Numbered from the stretch's first letter, positions 15,670-25,179 are shown. The stretch: DNA of 47,887 nucleotides from Minisyncoccota bacterium (GCA_035583565.1 DATEUR010000005.1:1-47887); one strand, 5' to 3'. The notes: generated by a model from the sequence alone, not told the origin. Made by a program: numbers and translations.

Positions 15670-17465
15670 ATTATTTCGTAAATTAAATAATCTGGACTTT
15701 CTCGGAGGGCGCGCAAAGCGGAGCTTTTATTAAAAACTTGAATGAATTTTTCCGGCGTGCCAATGAATCCGGTCGGAGATTTTTCGTAATAATTTATCCC
15801 AATGGCCGACGTTTGGCCTATTCCCCTCAAAACAACAATGTATTTTATATTTATCACTTTTCTCAAAACAGCGAGTTTTGCGTCAAACTTATCCGGATCA
15901 TCAAATGATTTGACAAAATCGGCTTCGATCTCCATGGCATTTTTTGAAACGGCGGGAAAGACAAAATCGGCAATAGAGCCGGAGGATAAAACCATGTTGG
16001 TAAGCCCTTCCTGCGGAAGCCAGAGTGCCCTAAACTCGTTTCCTTTCGGCCTTCTTTCTTTAAAATAATCGTTGATCTCGGAAATATATGGGGGAAAAAC
16101 AACAAAATTATAATGTTTGCCCCCAATTTCGCTTAAAGATTGAGAATTTTTCGCTTCCGTAATTTTTGTCTGAAAATAAAAAGCCGGCGTCGCAAAAAGA
16201 ATAACCACAAGAAAAATAGTAATTGTTTTTGATTGGTATTTTCTAAGCAGTTTTTCGGCTAAAAAAGCTAGAAGAATAATGGTGGGAAAAACGATGAGGT
16301 ATGACCATTTGAGCGGCTGTTCAAAGGCTTTCAAAAAAAAGATTTTATTATAAAACCATTCTGCCAATTTAGTGAAATGAATTACAAGAAAAATCATAAA
16401 TGAATAAATAAGGACTGAATGAAAAGCAAAAATAAAAAGCTCTTTTTCCTTCAGTTTGAAATAAAAAGTACTTTGTTTCGACTTCGACTCGAACGCCGTG
16501 CGCAAGGGTACTCGCCCACGTGCTCCCCGCTCGTCGAAATAAAGTCTTCTGACGAAAAACACAAAAATAAATATCGGCAATAATAAATAAGCAGGAATAA
16601 AATAAAGAAAGTTCTGGTTTTTTATTCCAATCATAAATAAAGAAAGGAATGGTTGTGAGGCAATGGAAAAATATCGGCTGTACCAATCAGCTGAAAGAAA
16701 CAGTTTGAATACCTCTCCTTTTATATAAGTTACTCCTTCAAAACCGAAATTAAAAAACAAGAGAATTAAATTAAGCGAAATCGGCAGAATAAAAATGAGA
16801 TACAGTAAATATCCTAAAATGAAATAAATAATACCTTTAAAGACATTTTTTCTTTCTCCAAAGATAAAAACTGATAAAAATATAGGTGCAATTATTATAG
16901 GGATTGTAAAAATAAACTGAACATTCATCACCGTTCCTAGAGCGGAAAAAAGAGCAAAAAAGAATATGTTCTGGAAATTTGTTTCACTTTTGGCAATAAT
17001 CAAATACGCGTATAAAATTACGAGAGGCATAAACGCGTAAGAAAACATTAAAGCCGTCGCGCCAAACTGGTTTATAACAAAACCATTGAAGCCGTAAAAT
17101 AAAGAAAAAAGAATTTTTGTTCTTTCACTGAAAAGATCAAGTTTTTTAAAGAAAAAATAAGACGAAATCGAAGAAATGAGCCAGGGCAAAAAAAGAGCGG
17201 CTATTTGAGCAAGGTATGGCGAATGGGTAAAAAATAAAAAGATTGAATTGACAAATTCAATCGGGTGCATACTTGTGCGGACACCCAAAAGATTCGGGTA
17301 CCAAGCCGTATAAGAATAAGAAAGGGCTTCTTGCCAACTTGCCCGCGGCACATAAATATCCGTCCAGGCGGCTAAATCGCCGATATATAAGGCATAAAAA
17401 ACGGCTATGGCCGCGTAAAAGAAGGAAAAAATAATCAGAGCTCTTGCGCTATTATCCAGTCGCAT
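15666..17465 (-). CDS. Large polytopic membrane protein, possible GT-C-type glycosyltransferase or polymerase
   Basis: 599 aa with about 12 or more TM segments and a ~150-aa C-terminal soluble domain. The first loop is YIGDLAAWTDIYVP. Function is inferred from context. Confidence 0.5.
   Translation of the reverse strand: MRLDNSARALIIFSFFYAAIAVFYALYIGDLAAWTDIYVPRASWQEALSYSYTAWYPNLLGVRTSMHPIEFVNSIFLFFTHSPYLAQIAALFLPWLISSISSYFFFKKLDLFSERTKILFSLFYGFNGFVINQFGATALMFSYAFMPLVILYAYLIIAKSETNFQNIFFFALFSALGTVMNVQFIFTIPIIIAPIFLSVFIFGERKNVFKGIIYFILGYLLYLIFILPISLNLILLFFNFGFEGVTYIKGEVFKLFLSADWYSRYFSIASQPFLSLFMIGIKNQNFLYFIPAYLLLPIFIFVFFVRRLYFDERGARGRVPLRTAFESKSKQSTFYFKLKEKELFIFAFHSVLIYSFMIFLVIHFTKLAEWFYNKIFFLKAFEQPLKWSYLIVFPTIILLAFLAEKLLRKYQSKTITIFLVVILFATPAFYFQTKITEAKNSQSLSEIGGKHYNFVVFPPYISEINDYFKERRPKGNEFRALWLPQEGLTNMVLSSGSIADFVFPAVSKNAMEIEADFVKSFDDPDKFDAKLAVLRKVINIKYIVVLRGIGQTSAIGINYYEKSPTGFIGTPEKFIQVFNKSSALRALRESPDYLIYEII
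16476..16539 (-). repeat. GC-rich in-frame insert flanked by a short inverted repeat
   Basis: tttcgac (16476-16482) ... gtcgaaa (16533-16539) bracket a ~50-nt GC-rich core inside an AT-rich gene. Encodes ...FDERGARGRVPLRTAFESKS... Confidence 0.55.
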
Positions 17466-18411
17466 ATATTTCTTGTTTCAATGTTAAAAATTCATTTGCC
17501 TCACTTGGCGGCCAAATTTTTTTGTAATGTATACTGCTTGCAAAAGGCACAATTATTTTCGGGTCAAATTTGTGTTTAAATAAAGCAAAAGTAGGAGTGT
17601 CTACAAATTGCGCGAGATGCATAACGGAAGAATCTATCACAATATTAAGAGATGAATTTTTTATTAAATAATAAATATCGATAATATTGAAGCCATATTT
17701 AGCGGTATAAAAAACATTTGGAAGACTTAATCCCCCACCTTCGTTTCTGTTCTCATCGTCTGCCATTTTGGCATCCATGACAAGAACAAACTTCTTGTCT
17801 GGAAATTCTTTCGCCAGTCTTTCTATCTGCGCCTTGCTTATGTTCTTTTTTTCATAAAAACTTTTCCGGTGAATAGCGATGTAATTTTTCTTTTCCAATT
17901 TATTTTCCAATTTATTTTCCAATAAAAATTTTTCAAGCTTGTTTTGATTTTTTTCTTTTAGAAAATTATCAAGTTTAAACTTAGTAAATTTATTTATTGA
18001 TTTAATACCAAGCTCTCTGTAAATCTTGGTTAATTTATGCCTATCAAAAAAAACGGACAAAAACTTTTCCAAAAAATTAGGCAGGAGGTTGATTGTTAAA
18101 AATCTGAGATTGTATTTTTTGACTCCATTCTTTTCTATAATTTCTTTCGATAATTTTTTAAAATGCCAATAGTCTTTCAGGAAAAAGGCGACTGTGTTCC
18201 AATATCTTGGCCTGTTATTTGACTTGATAACATAGATACTTTCCACAAATATAATATTCTTCCAGAAATCATAAGACCCGTTATTGAGTAAAACGAGACT
18301 TACTCTTTCCCCTCTTTCCTTATAAAAATCATAAAGAGCCGGAAAGGCAAGGAGATTGTCACCGAGCCCGTGCAGGAGCATTATTATATTTTTCTTGGAG
18401 TTCCTTGTCAT
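17452..18411 (-). CDS. GT9-like (heptosyltransferase-family) glycosyltransferase
   Basis: 319 aa. N-terminal IIMLLHGLGDNLLAFPAL and C-terminal VIDSSVMHLAQFVDTPTFALF resemble the GT9 signature blocks. Confidence 0.6.
   Translation of the reverse strand: MTRNSKKNIIMLLHGLGDNLLAFPALYDFYKERGERVSLVLLNNGSYDFWKNIIFVESIYVIKSNNRPRYWNTVAFFLKDYWHFKKLSKEIIEKNGVKKYNLRFLTINLLPNFLEKFLSVFFDRHKLTKIYRELGIKSINKFTKFKLDNFLKEKNQNKLEKFLLENKLENKLEKKNYIAIHRKSFYEKKNISKAQIERLAKEFPDKKFVLVMDAKMADDENRNEGGGLSLPNVFYTAKYGFNIIDIYYLIKNSSLNIVIDSSVMHLAQFVDTPTFALFKHKFDPKIIVPFASSIHYKKIWPPSEANEFLTLKQEIYATG
17891..17926 (-). repeat. 12-nt tandem repeat (2 perfect copies plus 1 imperfect) inside the GT9-like gene
   Basis: ttttccaattta x2, then ttttccaataaa. 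Encodes LENKLENKLEKK. Confidence 0.85.
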
Positions 18412-19103
18412 TTAATTTTCTTTAATTTTACAAATATATTCATAAACCCGTTTTCTTTTTTGTACTCATCATCAATTTTTTTATTGAAAAAATCGGCAAA
18501 AACAGATTTTCTTCTTAAAACCCATTTTGAAAAATACATATTCAAAAGCTCGAGTAAATTCCAAAAGCCGCCTTTTACTTTTATAGAGAGAATTTCAAAA
18601 CCGCCTTCTTTTTCAAAGATTTCTAGATCTTTTTTACTGTAGTGTCTATGCCCTATTAACCACCAAGCCGGATCAAACACCATGCTTGGAAAAGATTTAT
18701 ATGGCGTAGACAAGTAAAATATTCCGCCTTTTCTTAAAACTCTAGAAACTTCGCTAAACATTTTATTTTCAGTATTTTTCGGAATGTGCTCCAGTACTTC
18801 AAAAGACACGGCCGTGTCAAGAGATTCATTTCCAAATGGAATATCCAAAGCGCTGCCGACTTTAAACAAATATTTATCATCTTTAAGATTTTCTTTTGCC
18901 GTTTTTAAATCATCTTCGGTTATTTCTATTCCGATCATTTTCTTCCCTCCCCTATTAAAAAAATTGAGTTCGGCCCACCCAAAACCGCAGCCGATATTCA
19001 ATATTTCTTTACCCTCTATATCCTCATCGGCAACAAATCTGGTAGAAAAAAGCGTTCGGCCATGCAACTTATCTGTTGGTTTTTGTTCAATAATGTTTTT
19101 CAT
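18408..19103 (-). CDS. Class I SAM-dependent methyltransferase
   Basis: 231 aa with motif I ILNIGCGFGW and VSFEVLEHIP...LRKGGIFYLSTP. Confidence 0.85.
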   Translation of the reverse strand: MKNIIEQKPTDKLHGRTLFSTRFVADEDIEGKEILNIGCGFGWAELNFFNRGGKKMIGIEITEDDLKTAKENLKDDKYLFKVGSALDIPFGNESLDTAVSFEVLEHIPKNTENKMFSEVSRVLRKGGIFYLSTPYKSFPSMVFDPAWWLIGHRHYSKKDLEIFEKEGGFEILSIKVKGGFWNLLELLNMYFSKWVLRRKSVFADFFNKKIDDEYKKENGFMNIFVKLKKIK

Positions 19104-19106
19104 AAT

Positions 19107-20915
19107 TTATATTGGTTTGGAAAATAAAAAATTGTAAGCATAAATGAAAATGGTCAGAAAACTGACAGTTGGATGCCAAAGCCAGTCAAAAGTCTTGTCA
19201 TGAATACTTTTGTAAACGGCTTCAATGGTCGGACTGATGAAGGTTCCGAGGTAAATGATGCTTAAAACTATTTTAAATTTATTAACCTTGCGAACCCACA
19301 CGTAGTCTGTTCCCCTTATTCTGTTCTTAATTTTAAGGGCAATTTTCTTTCTTTTTCTTAGAAATTCGAATAAATTTTTGCAATAATAATGTCTTACCGA
19401 GACATCGTCCGGTATGGCATAGCCGGCACCAGTTTTCTCGTGCACAAAAGTGCCAAAATTCGCTTCTTCAAATTTTTCTTCCCATCCATTTAAGCTCATT
19501 ACCATTTTTTTATTCCATAAGAAGCCGTTCGCACCAGTTATAAGCACGGCATCTTTTTTAAAATTCAAAATCTTATACCCATCTTTTTTAATTATTACCG
19601 GCCTTGATGCCAGCATTTTGGCAAGCGGATCAGCTATACGCATTCTCGCAAAATATCTATTTAAACTTGATAATTTATCATCAGCGGCAAAAGAACTTTC
19701 CACGCCGAAAATATCAGGACTGGATAAAATGGGGGGGATCATTTTTTGGAGCCAATCCCGCTCAACGATTTCATTGTCCGCATCGATTAAAATAAAAAAT
19801 TCTCCTCTAGATTCTTTTATGCCGATAGTCTTGCCGTATTCCGTGACTCTCCTTTCGTTCGATAATATTTTCGCCTTATACTTCCGGGCAATTTGCAAGG
19901 TCTCATCATTTGAACCGCCGTCGATAACAATAATTTCAACTTTATCTTTCGGATAGTCTTGCTTGTTAATTGACTTTAAACACAACTCAACATGTTTTCC
20001 GGCATTATAAGTCGGCAAAATAAAAGTTATTTCCGGAAAATATGGCAGTCCTGTTCCTGCTTGCTTGTTCGATCCACTGATGTTTCTCGAATCAAATAAG
20101 ATTCCCTGAAGATAGCCGAGCCCCCCGCAAAAAAATTCACAGGCTTTCATAAAAAGCATACCGGCACCAATCACCGGATCTCTAAAAAGAATCTTCGGCT
20201 TTCTAAAAACCAGTTTATACCTTTCAAAAAGACTCGCTTGCCTCCTGAAATTTTCCTTATTAGCCAGAATTGATTTGTATTTACTGAGACGCCTGGCATA
20301 ATAGAATTTCTTTTTGCATGTTTTAAAAAGATTTATATGGTCTTCATTGTGATAAATAAATTCTGCAATTCTATCAATTGAGCTTTCGCCGTATTTCTCT
20401 TTTATTCTTTGAGATAAATCAAAATCTTCCGTACCGGTATTTTCTTCATCGTAGCCACTCATTTCCAAAAACACATCCCTTTTGAAAAATCTCGCTCCTT
20501 CCATCCAAGAAACGCCTACATAATAACTTCTTTCCAGCTTTTTGCATTTCGCCCAAAAGCCTTCGCCGAAAGATTCCTCCGGCACAATCACCGCTTTTAT
20601 TTTGCCATCTTTCATTTTGTTAACGCAGGCGGAAATGACCAAGGGGGATAATTTCATATCGCTGTCTACTATAAAAACATGGTCCCCTTTGGAATTTTTA
20701 ACACCAAAATTTCTTTGAGCGCTTCGCTCCGGGCCGTAATCAAAGACTTTATCTGTGTAATTAAAGGCAATTTCTTTTGTGCCATCCGAACTTTTATTAT
20801 CAACTACAATAATTTCTATGTCTTTGTAATCTTGACTTTTGACGGACGCCAGACAAGCCGCTAATGTTCTGGCTGAATTTTTAGTCGGTATTATTATAGA
20901 AACTAAAGAGTTCAT
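19107..20915 (-). CDS. Bifunctional protein with two GT2 glycosyltransferase domains
   Basis: 602 aa. First domain VSIIIPTKNSARTL...IIVVDNKSSDGT...IVDSDM; second domain ITFILPTYNAGKHV...IIVIDGGSNDET...LIDADN. Confidence 0.85.
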   Translation of the reverse strand: MNSLVSIIIPTKNSARTLAACLASVKSQDYKDIEIIVVDNKSSDGTKEIAFNYTDKVFDYGPERSAQRNFGVKNSKGDHVFIVDSDMKLSPLVISACVNKMKDGKIKAVIVPEESFGEGFWAKCKKLERSYYVGVSWMEGARFFKRDVFLEMSGYDEENTGTEDFDLSQRIKEKYGESSIDRIAEFIYHNEDHINLFKTCKKKFYYARRLSKYKSILANKENFRRQASLFERYKLVFRKPKILFRDPVIGAGMLFMKACEFFCGGLGYLQGILFDSRNISGSNKQAGTGLPYFPEITFILPTYNAGKHVELCLKSINKQDYPKDKVEIIVIDGGSNDETLQIARKYKAKILSNERRVTEYGKTIGIKESRGEFFILIDADNEIVERDWLQKMIPPILSSPDIFGVESSFAADDKLSSLNRYFARMRIADPLAKMLASRPVIIKKDGYKILNFKKDAVLITGANGFLWNKKMVMSLNGWEEKFEEANFGTFVHEKTGAGYAIPDDVSVRHYYCKNLFEFLRKRKKIALKIKNRIRGTDYVWVRKVNKFKIVLSIIYLGTFISPTIEAVYKSIHDKTFDWLWHPTVSFLTIFIYAYNFLFSKPI

Positions 20916-21655
20916 GTAGATTTAAGGGGACAAGCATCATTTCTCTTAAGAAACGGTGCTTGTCCCCTTTTAATACCCTTTATCTGGATATAATGGCTGT
21001 GCCGCGGGTCAAACTTGCCAAAACAAGCCGGCAAGGGATAATAGCCCGCGCCGCGGATCTCGACTTTGGTGAATCCATGCGCTTCAAAAAATTCTTTCAG
21101 CCCGCGCCAATTAAAAACCGTCTTGTGAGTCCAGGACGGCGAGGCGCCGGGATCGCCGCGATGCAGGGCAAAAGGGTTGCCAAGGCCGGCTTTCTTGACG
21201 CTTAAATTAGAAAGAGAAAATATTTGCCAGCCGAAAAGGCTGGCAAAGATGTTGTGCCAGCTTGACGCATTTTCCGTTCCCATAACAACATAGCCGCCGG
21301 GACGCAAAACGCGAATCACTTCCGATAAAAAATTATCCAGAAAAGCAATATGTTCAATTATTTGATTGGCGTGAATGACATCGAATGAATTATCTTCAAA
21401 AGGAAAATTAGCATTTAAATCGGATATTTTTACTTTAATTCCTTTATCTTCCGCTTCCTTGGCGCTAGATTCCACTATCTCTATTCCGTAGATATTATTT
21501 GTTTTGATTTTATTGACTACCTTTACTGTCCACGTTCCGTCATCGCACCCCAAGTCAAGAATGTCGGCGTTCGGATCAACAACCAGCATATTTAAAATAT
21601 TTTGGTCGTTCAAAGCTCTGGCTTTGTTATGCATTTTTATAAAAAAATTTTTCAT
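20912..21655 (-). CDS. Class I SAM-dependent methyltransferase
   Basis: 247 aa with ILDLGCDDGTW and VIHANQIIEHI...LRPGGYVVMGTEN. ATGA overlaps at both ends. Confidence 0.85.
   Translation of the reverse strand: MKNFFIKMHNKARALNDQNILNMLVVDPNADILDLGCDDGTWTVKVVNKIKTNNIYGIEIVESSAKEAEDKGIKVKISDLNANFPFEDNSFDVIHANQIIEHIAFLDNFLSEVIRVLRPGGYVVMGTENASSWHNIFASLFGWQIFSLSNLSVKKAGLGNPFALHRGDPGASPSWTHKTVFNWRGLKEFFEAHGFTKVEIRGAGYYPLPACFGKFDPRHSHYIQIKGIKRGQAPFLKRNDACPLKST
20924..20969 (-). repeat. 13-bp perfect hairpin within the last 20 codons of the methyltransferase gene
   Basis: aaggggacaagca (20924-20936) / tgcttgtcccctt (20957-20969). Encodes ...KRGQAPFLKRNDACPLKST, immediately before the ATGA junction with the next gene. 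Confidence 0.7.
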
Positions 21656-22761
21656 GAAACTTCTATTGCTCTTTTAAAATCTTTGTAACTTTTATCAAAA
21701 TTTATCTCTTTGCTCCACTGCCAGGCCTGTTTTTGTAATTTTTTGTATTTTTCTCGATCAACCAACAGTGATATGAAGCCCTGCGCCAATTCAGCTGGTT
21801 TATTTTTTTGACAAATTAAACCAGTCTCATCATTCTTAACGCTATCGCGAAGACCGTCAACGTTATAAACAACCGCCGGTGTGCCTTGAGAAGCCGCTTC
21901 GGTGACAACAAGCCCCCATCCTTCTTTCACCGAAGTCACGCAAAGCAAATGCGCTTTCCGTAAAAGTTCAATTTTCCGCTTTTTAGCCACCGGACCGAAA
22001 TATTTTATTGAGCTTTTGAATTTAGATTGATTAATATGATTTAAAACCTTCTGGCCATATTTGCCATCAGCGACGCCGGCCAGCCAAAATTTAAGTTTGG
22101 GAATTTTCTCTTTGGCTATTTCAAAAGCCCTTATGGCATGATGAGTCCTTTTCATTGATCTAACTGATCCCAAACTTAAAATAGTTGGCTGTTCAAGTTT
22201 TTCAACATCTACATTTCTAAGGCAAGAAAGTGGCTCAATTTCTATACCCTCGCTTATTACGTGAATGTTTTTTGGGTTGAATCCAAATCTTTGCAAATCT
22301 TTTTTTGTGCTTTCGGAAACAGTAATAACTTGATTACCCCGCAGAAGCCAAAGATAAACTGGTTCAAGCAAATAACCGATTAAACCAATCAAAAAAGGCA
22401 TTTGATAAAACCAAATTTCCCGGCAAAGCTGATGAATAAAAATAATATTTTTCTCTTTCACATAAAATCTGCAAAAAAAAGGAATTGTATTGATTTCATC
22501 AATTACCAAGTCTGCCCAACCCTTCAAGTTTTTTCTATAATACTTGTAAGCTTGCCAATAAACCGTAAAACGATTGCCCAAACGGATAACCTTAAAACCA
22601 TTCCTTGTCTCTTCTGAAACGCCTCCTAAAAAACCAGATACCAAGAAAATAATTTGATGGTTATTATCAACTAACCTTTTGGCTAACTCTTCGTTAACTA
22701 TTTCCGCGCCGCCGGCAAGCGGATTTTTCCCATCTTTCCATGTAAACCAGATAATTTTCAT
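21652..22761 (-). CDS. GT4 (GT-B fold) glycosyltransferase
   Basis: The C-terminal block SVKEGWGLVVTEAASQGTPAVVYNVDGLRDSV is the GT4 E-x7-E region. I prefer the start MKIIWFTW at 22761, 1 nt after the upstream stop, over the track start at 22797. Confidence 0.85.
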   Translation of the reverse strand: MKIIWFTWKDGKNPLAGGAEIVNEELAKRLVDNNHQIIFLVSGFLGGVSEETRNGFKVIRLGNRFTVYWQAYKYYRKNLKGWADLVIDEINTIPFFCRFYVKEKNIIFIHQLCREIWFYQMPFLIGLIGYLLEPVYLWLLRGNQVITVSESTKKDLQRFGFNPKNIHVISEGIEIEPLSCLRNVDVEKLEQPTILSLGSVRSMKRTHHAIRAFEIAKEKIPKLKFWLAGVADGKYGQKVLNHINQSKFKSSIKYFGPVAKKRKIELLRKAHLLCVTSVKEGWGLVVTEAASQGTPAVVYNVDGLRDSVKNDETGLICQKNKPAELAQGFISLLVDREKYKKLQKQAWQWSKEINFDKSYKDFKRAIEVS

Positions 22762-22762
22762 A

Positions 22763-23725
22763 TTAATCATTAAAATTAAGCTTATCTTTGATAACATAAA
22801 TCGGCCGATTGCCGACTTCTTGGTAAATATTGCCTATATATAAAGCAATAAGACCAAGACAAATCAAAATTAGACCCACTAAAAATAGAATCACTAAAAT
22901 CAAAAGCCCCAGATTGGAAAAATAAAGCCCCCACGGATCGCCAAAAATATATTTTTCCATTACCACAAACAAGCCTACTAAAGTTGAAGCGGAAACGATA
23001 AAAAAACCAGTGTAACCGGCTAATTTCAAAGGAAATAAACTATGGGTAGTAAAAGAAGATGCGGCCAAACGAAAAAGTTTTCTTAAAGAGTAACCGGCTT
23101 TGCCGCTTGTCCGCGCCGGTGCTTCAAAATAAACATGGGTCGTTTTAAAACCAAGCCAATCCAAAAGACCTCGCGTAATTCTGTTTCTTTCCGTAAAGCG
23201 GTTAAATTCTTTGATAACTTTTTCGTCAATCAGCCGAAAATCAGTCGCGCCAGAAACTAGCGGCGTTTCGCCAATGCGCTTCATAAGCCAGTAAAAAATT
23301 TTCGAGCCTGCTTTTTTGACAAAACCTTCACCATTATTTTTCTTCCTGACACCAATGACAATTTCGGCGCCTTCCTGCCAATGCTTTATGAACTCCGGAA
23401 TAATTTTCGGCGGATGTTGAAGATCGGCATCTAGGACAATCACCGCCACTCCCCGCGCGTGGTGAAGCCCAGCCGAAGTAGCGCTCTCTTTGCCGAAATT
23501 TCGGGAAAATTCCAAAGAGCGGATATTTCTGTCCGCTTGAGTAAGTTTAGAGATAGCTTTCGCGCTGCCGTCCCGACTGCCGTCATTAATAAAAATCATT
23601 TCATAATTAAATTTATCTTCCAGCTTTTTCCAAACCCGGCAAAGCTCTTCATAAAGAAGAGGAATGTTGTTTTCTTCGTTAAAAACAGGAATGACGATCG
23701 AGATTGTTTTAACATTTGAAGGCAT
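22763..23725 (-). CDS. Polyprenol-phosphate glycosyltransferase (GT2, GtrB/ArnC/DPM1-like)
   Basis: 320 aa. ISIVIPVFNEENNI...IFINDGSRDGS...LDADLQHPP plus two C-terminal TM helices. Confidence 0.85.
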   Translation of the reverse strand: MPSNVKTISIVIPVFNEENNIPLLYEELCRVWKKLEDKFNYEMIFINDGSRDGSAKAISKLTQADRNIRSLEFSRNFGKESATSAGLHHARGVAVIVLDADLQHPPKIIPEFIKHWQEGAEIVIGVRKKNNGEGFVKKAGSKIFYWLMKRIGETPLVSGATDFRLIDEKVIKEFNRFTERNRITRGLLDWLGFKTTHVYFEAPARTSGKAGYSLRKLFRLAASSFTTHSLFPLKLAGYTGFFIVSASTLVGLFVVMEKYIFGDPWGLYFSNLGLLILVILFLVGLILICLGLIALYIGNIYQEVGNRPIYVIKDKLNFND

Positions 23726-24965
23726 ACTTTGGTTTTAAAACAAACAAATAATTCAAAAACATTGATCCGGTTAAAAAAAGTGACGACCAAAAAAGGGCTT
23801 TAACAAAAGCTTCTATATTTTGATGAGCGAGAGCGATAAAGATAATCTGAAAAATTATCGCGGCCAGAAAAAAACCGGCAAAAATCTTTCTGTTTGTTGC
23901 CACAAAAAAATGAACTAGGGCAATAGCCATGGCGATCATTCCCATCGAGGCGCCAAAAAGGGGCAGGAACGGAGCAATCGCCAGATATTTTGCGCCAAAA
24001 AAGATTTTGACAGTTAATTGAGGAAAAAAAGAAAAGAATAGAACAACCAAAAACGAAATTAAAAAAATAACAGGAAGTGAACGACTGATAATTTTGTGTT
24101 CCCTGCCGGAATTTTGAGTTTTTGCTTCTGCGACCAGCGGAAACATTACGGCCACAAAAGCGCTTGTGCCATAAAGAAGAATTTTGCCGATCGTTGAGAG
24201 GGCGGCATACTCACCGGCGGCGCTCGGGGAGAGATAATGTTTGGCCAAAATAACATCTATGTTGGATAAGATGGCGAGAAGTAAATTAACAAATAAAATG
24301 AAAACAAAATCACGAGCTAAAGGCCGCAAATTGAGACTCTTGTCATTTTCTTTTTGTAAAGACGGCTTAATCTGACGAAGAGTGTAAAAATAAGAAATAA
24401 GGTAAGAAAAAAACAAAGCCAGCATCACGCCCGGCACAAGAAAACCGAAAAGAACAAAAACAACAGCCAAAATCAGTTTAGAAGCGGCGGTAATTACCCC
24501 TTGCAAAGAATAAGAAAAAAAATTCTTAAGGCCCTGAAGAACGCCGATACTAACTGAGGAAACGAATGAAATCGGAATAATCAAACTGAAAATAAAAAGA
24601 ATAATCGGTTCAATATTCAAAAATACCGACAATCGGGGTATAAAAAACCAAAAGATCGCGACCAGGCCAAGCCCGCTTATAAGAGCGATTTTTGTCAAAA
24701 GGCGAAATAATGATTTAGAGGCAAAACCGGAAGCGGGCACATGTTTAGACACAAACATGGTCAGGGCAGTTGCCGGAACACCGAAAATAATAAGGAGACC
24801 AAATAAGGTCACAATCTCTCCAAATTTACCCGGCCCCAAAAGTCGGCCCATGATGAGAGCAAAGACATAATTTACACCGCTGGCCACTAAAGCCCCGGCC
24901 ATAACCAAGAAACTCCATTTTTCGTAGTAATTTTCCCGAAACCATTGACAAAACTTTGAAAGCAT
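23709..24965 (-). CDS. Oligosaccharide/polysaccharide flippase (Wzx/MOP family)
   Basis: 418 aa with ~12 TM segments. The N-terminus ...NYVFALIMGRLLGPGKFGEI is typical of polysaccharide biosynthesis (MOP) proteins. Confidence 0.75.
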   Translation of the reverse strand: MLSKFCQWFRENYYEKWSFLVMAGALVASGVNYVFALIMGRLLGPGKFGEIVTLFGLLIIFGVPATALTMFVSKHVPASGFASKSLFRLLTKIALISGLGLVAIFWFFIPRLSVFLNIEPIILFIFSLIIPISFVSSVSIGVLQGLKNFFSYSLQGVITAASKLILAVVFVLFGFLVPGVMLALFFSYLISYFYTLRQIKPSLQKENDKSLNLRPLARDFVFILFVNLLLAILSNIDVILAKHYLSPSAAGEYAALSTIGKILLYGTSAFVAVMFPLVAEAKTQNSGREHKIISRSLPVIFLISFLVVLFFSFFPQLTVKIFFGAKYLAIAPFLPLFGASMGMIAMAIALVHFFVATNRKIFAGFFLAAIIFQIIFIALAHQNIEAFVKALFWSSLFLTGSMFLNYLFVLKPKYAFKC

Positions 24966-25000
24966 AATTTAATAAAGCCTCTTTTACAAAGCCTTATCAA

Positions 25001-25067
25001 TCGCCTGAACGGGGCCGACACGTGATTACGTTATTGGTTTTTGCGTCCCCCGGCCCCGTTTAGACGA
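25001..25067 (-). promoter_or_regulatory. Long leader hairpin upstream of the flippase/glycosylation operon
   Basis: 17-bp stem, 25067-25051 with 25017-25001, having one A-C mismatch and one G-U that pairs only on the minus strand. The loop is 33 nt. Lies ~35 nt upstream of the wzx ATG. Confidence 0.45.
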
Positions 25068-25150
25068 CTGATAAAAAAGGAGACTCAAAAAAGAGAATCA
25101 AAAAAAACGCCCCCCCTCGTAATCGTGGTTGAGACGCAAAAGTTACTTTA

Positions 25151-25179
25151 ATTATGACAGATAGATACCGGCTAGACAA
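25151..25179 (-). promoter_or_regulatory. Candidate promoter of the glycosylation operon
   Basis: The minus strand reads TTGTCT (25179-25174), a 17-nt spacer, then CATAAT (25156-25151). This would give a ~180-nt leader. Confidence 0.4.

Noticed and set aside
16476-16545. tRNA-like fragment. The minus strand contains GGCGTTCGAGTCG, reminiscent of a T-arm.
   Set aside because: There is no complementary T-stem, no acceptor or anticodon arms, and the length is wrong. The segment is in frame within an intact ORF.
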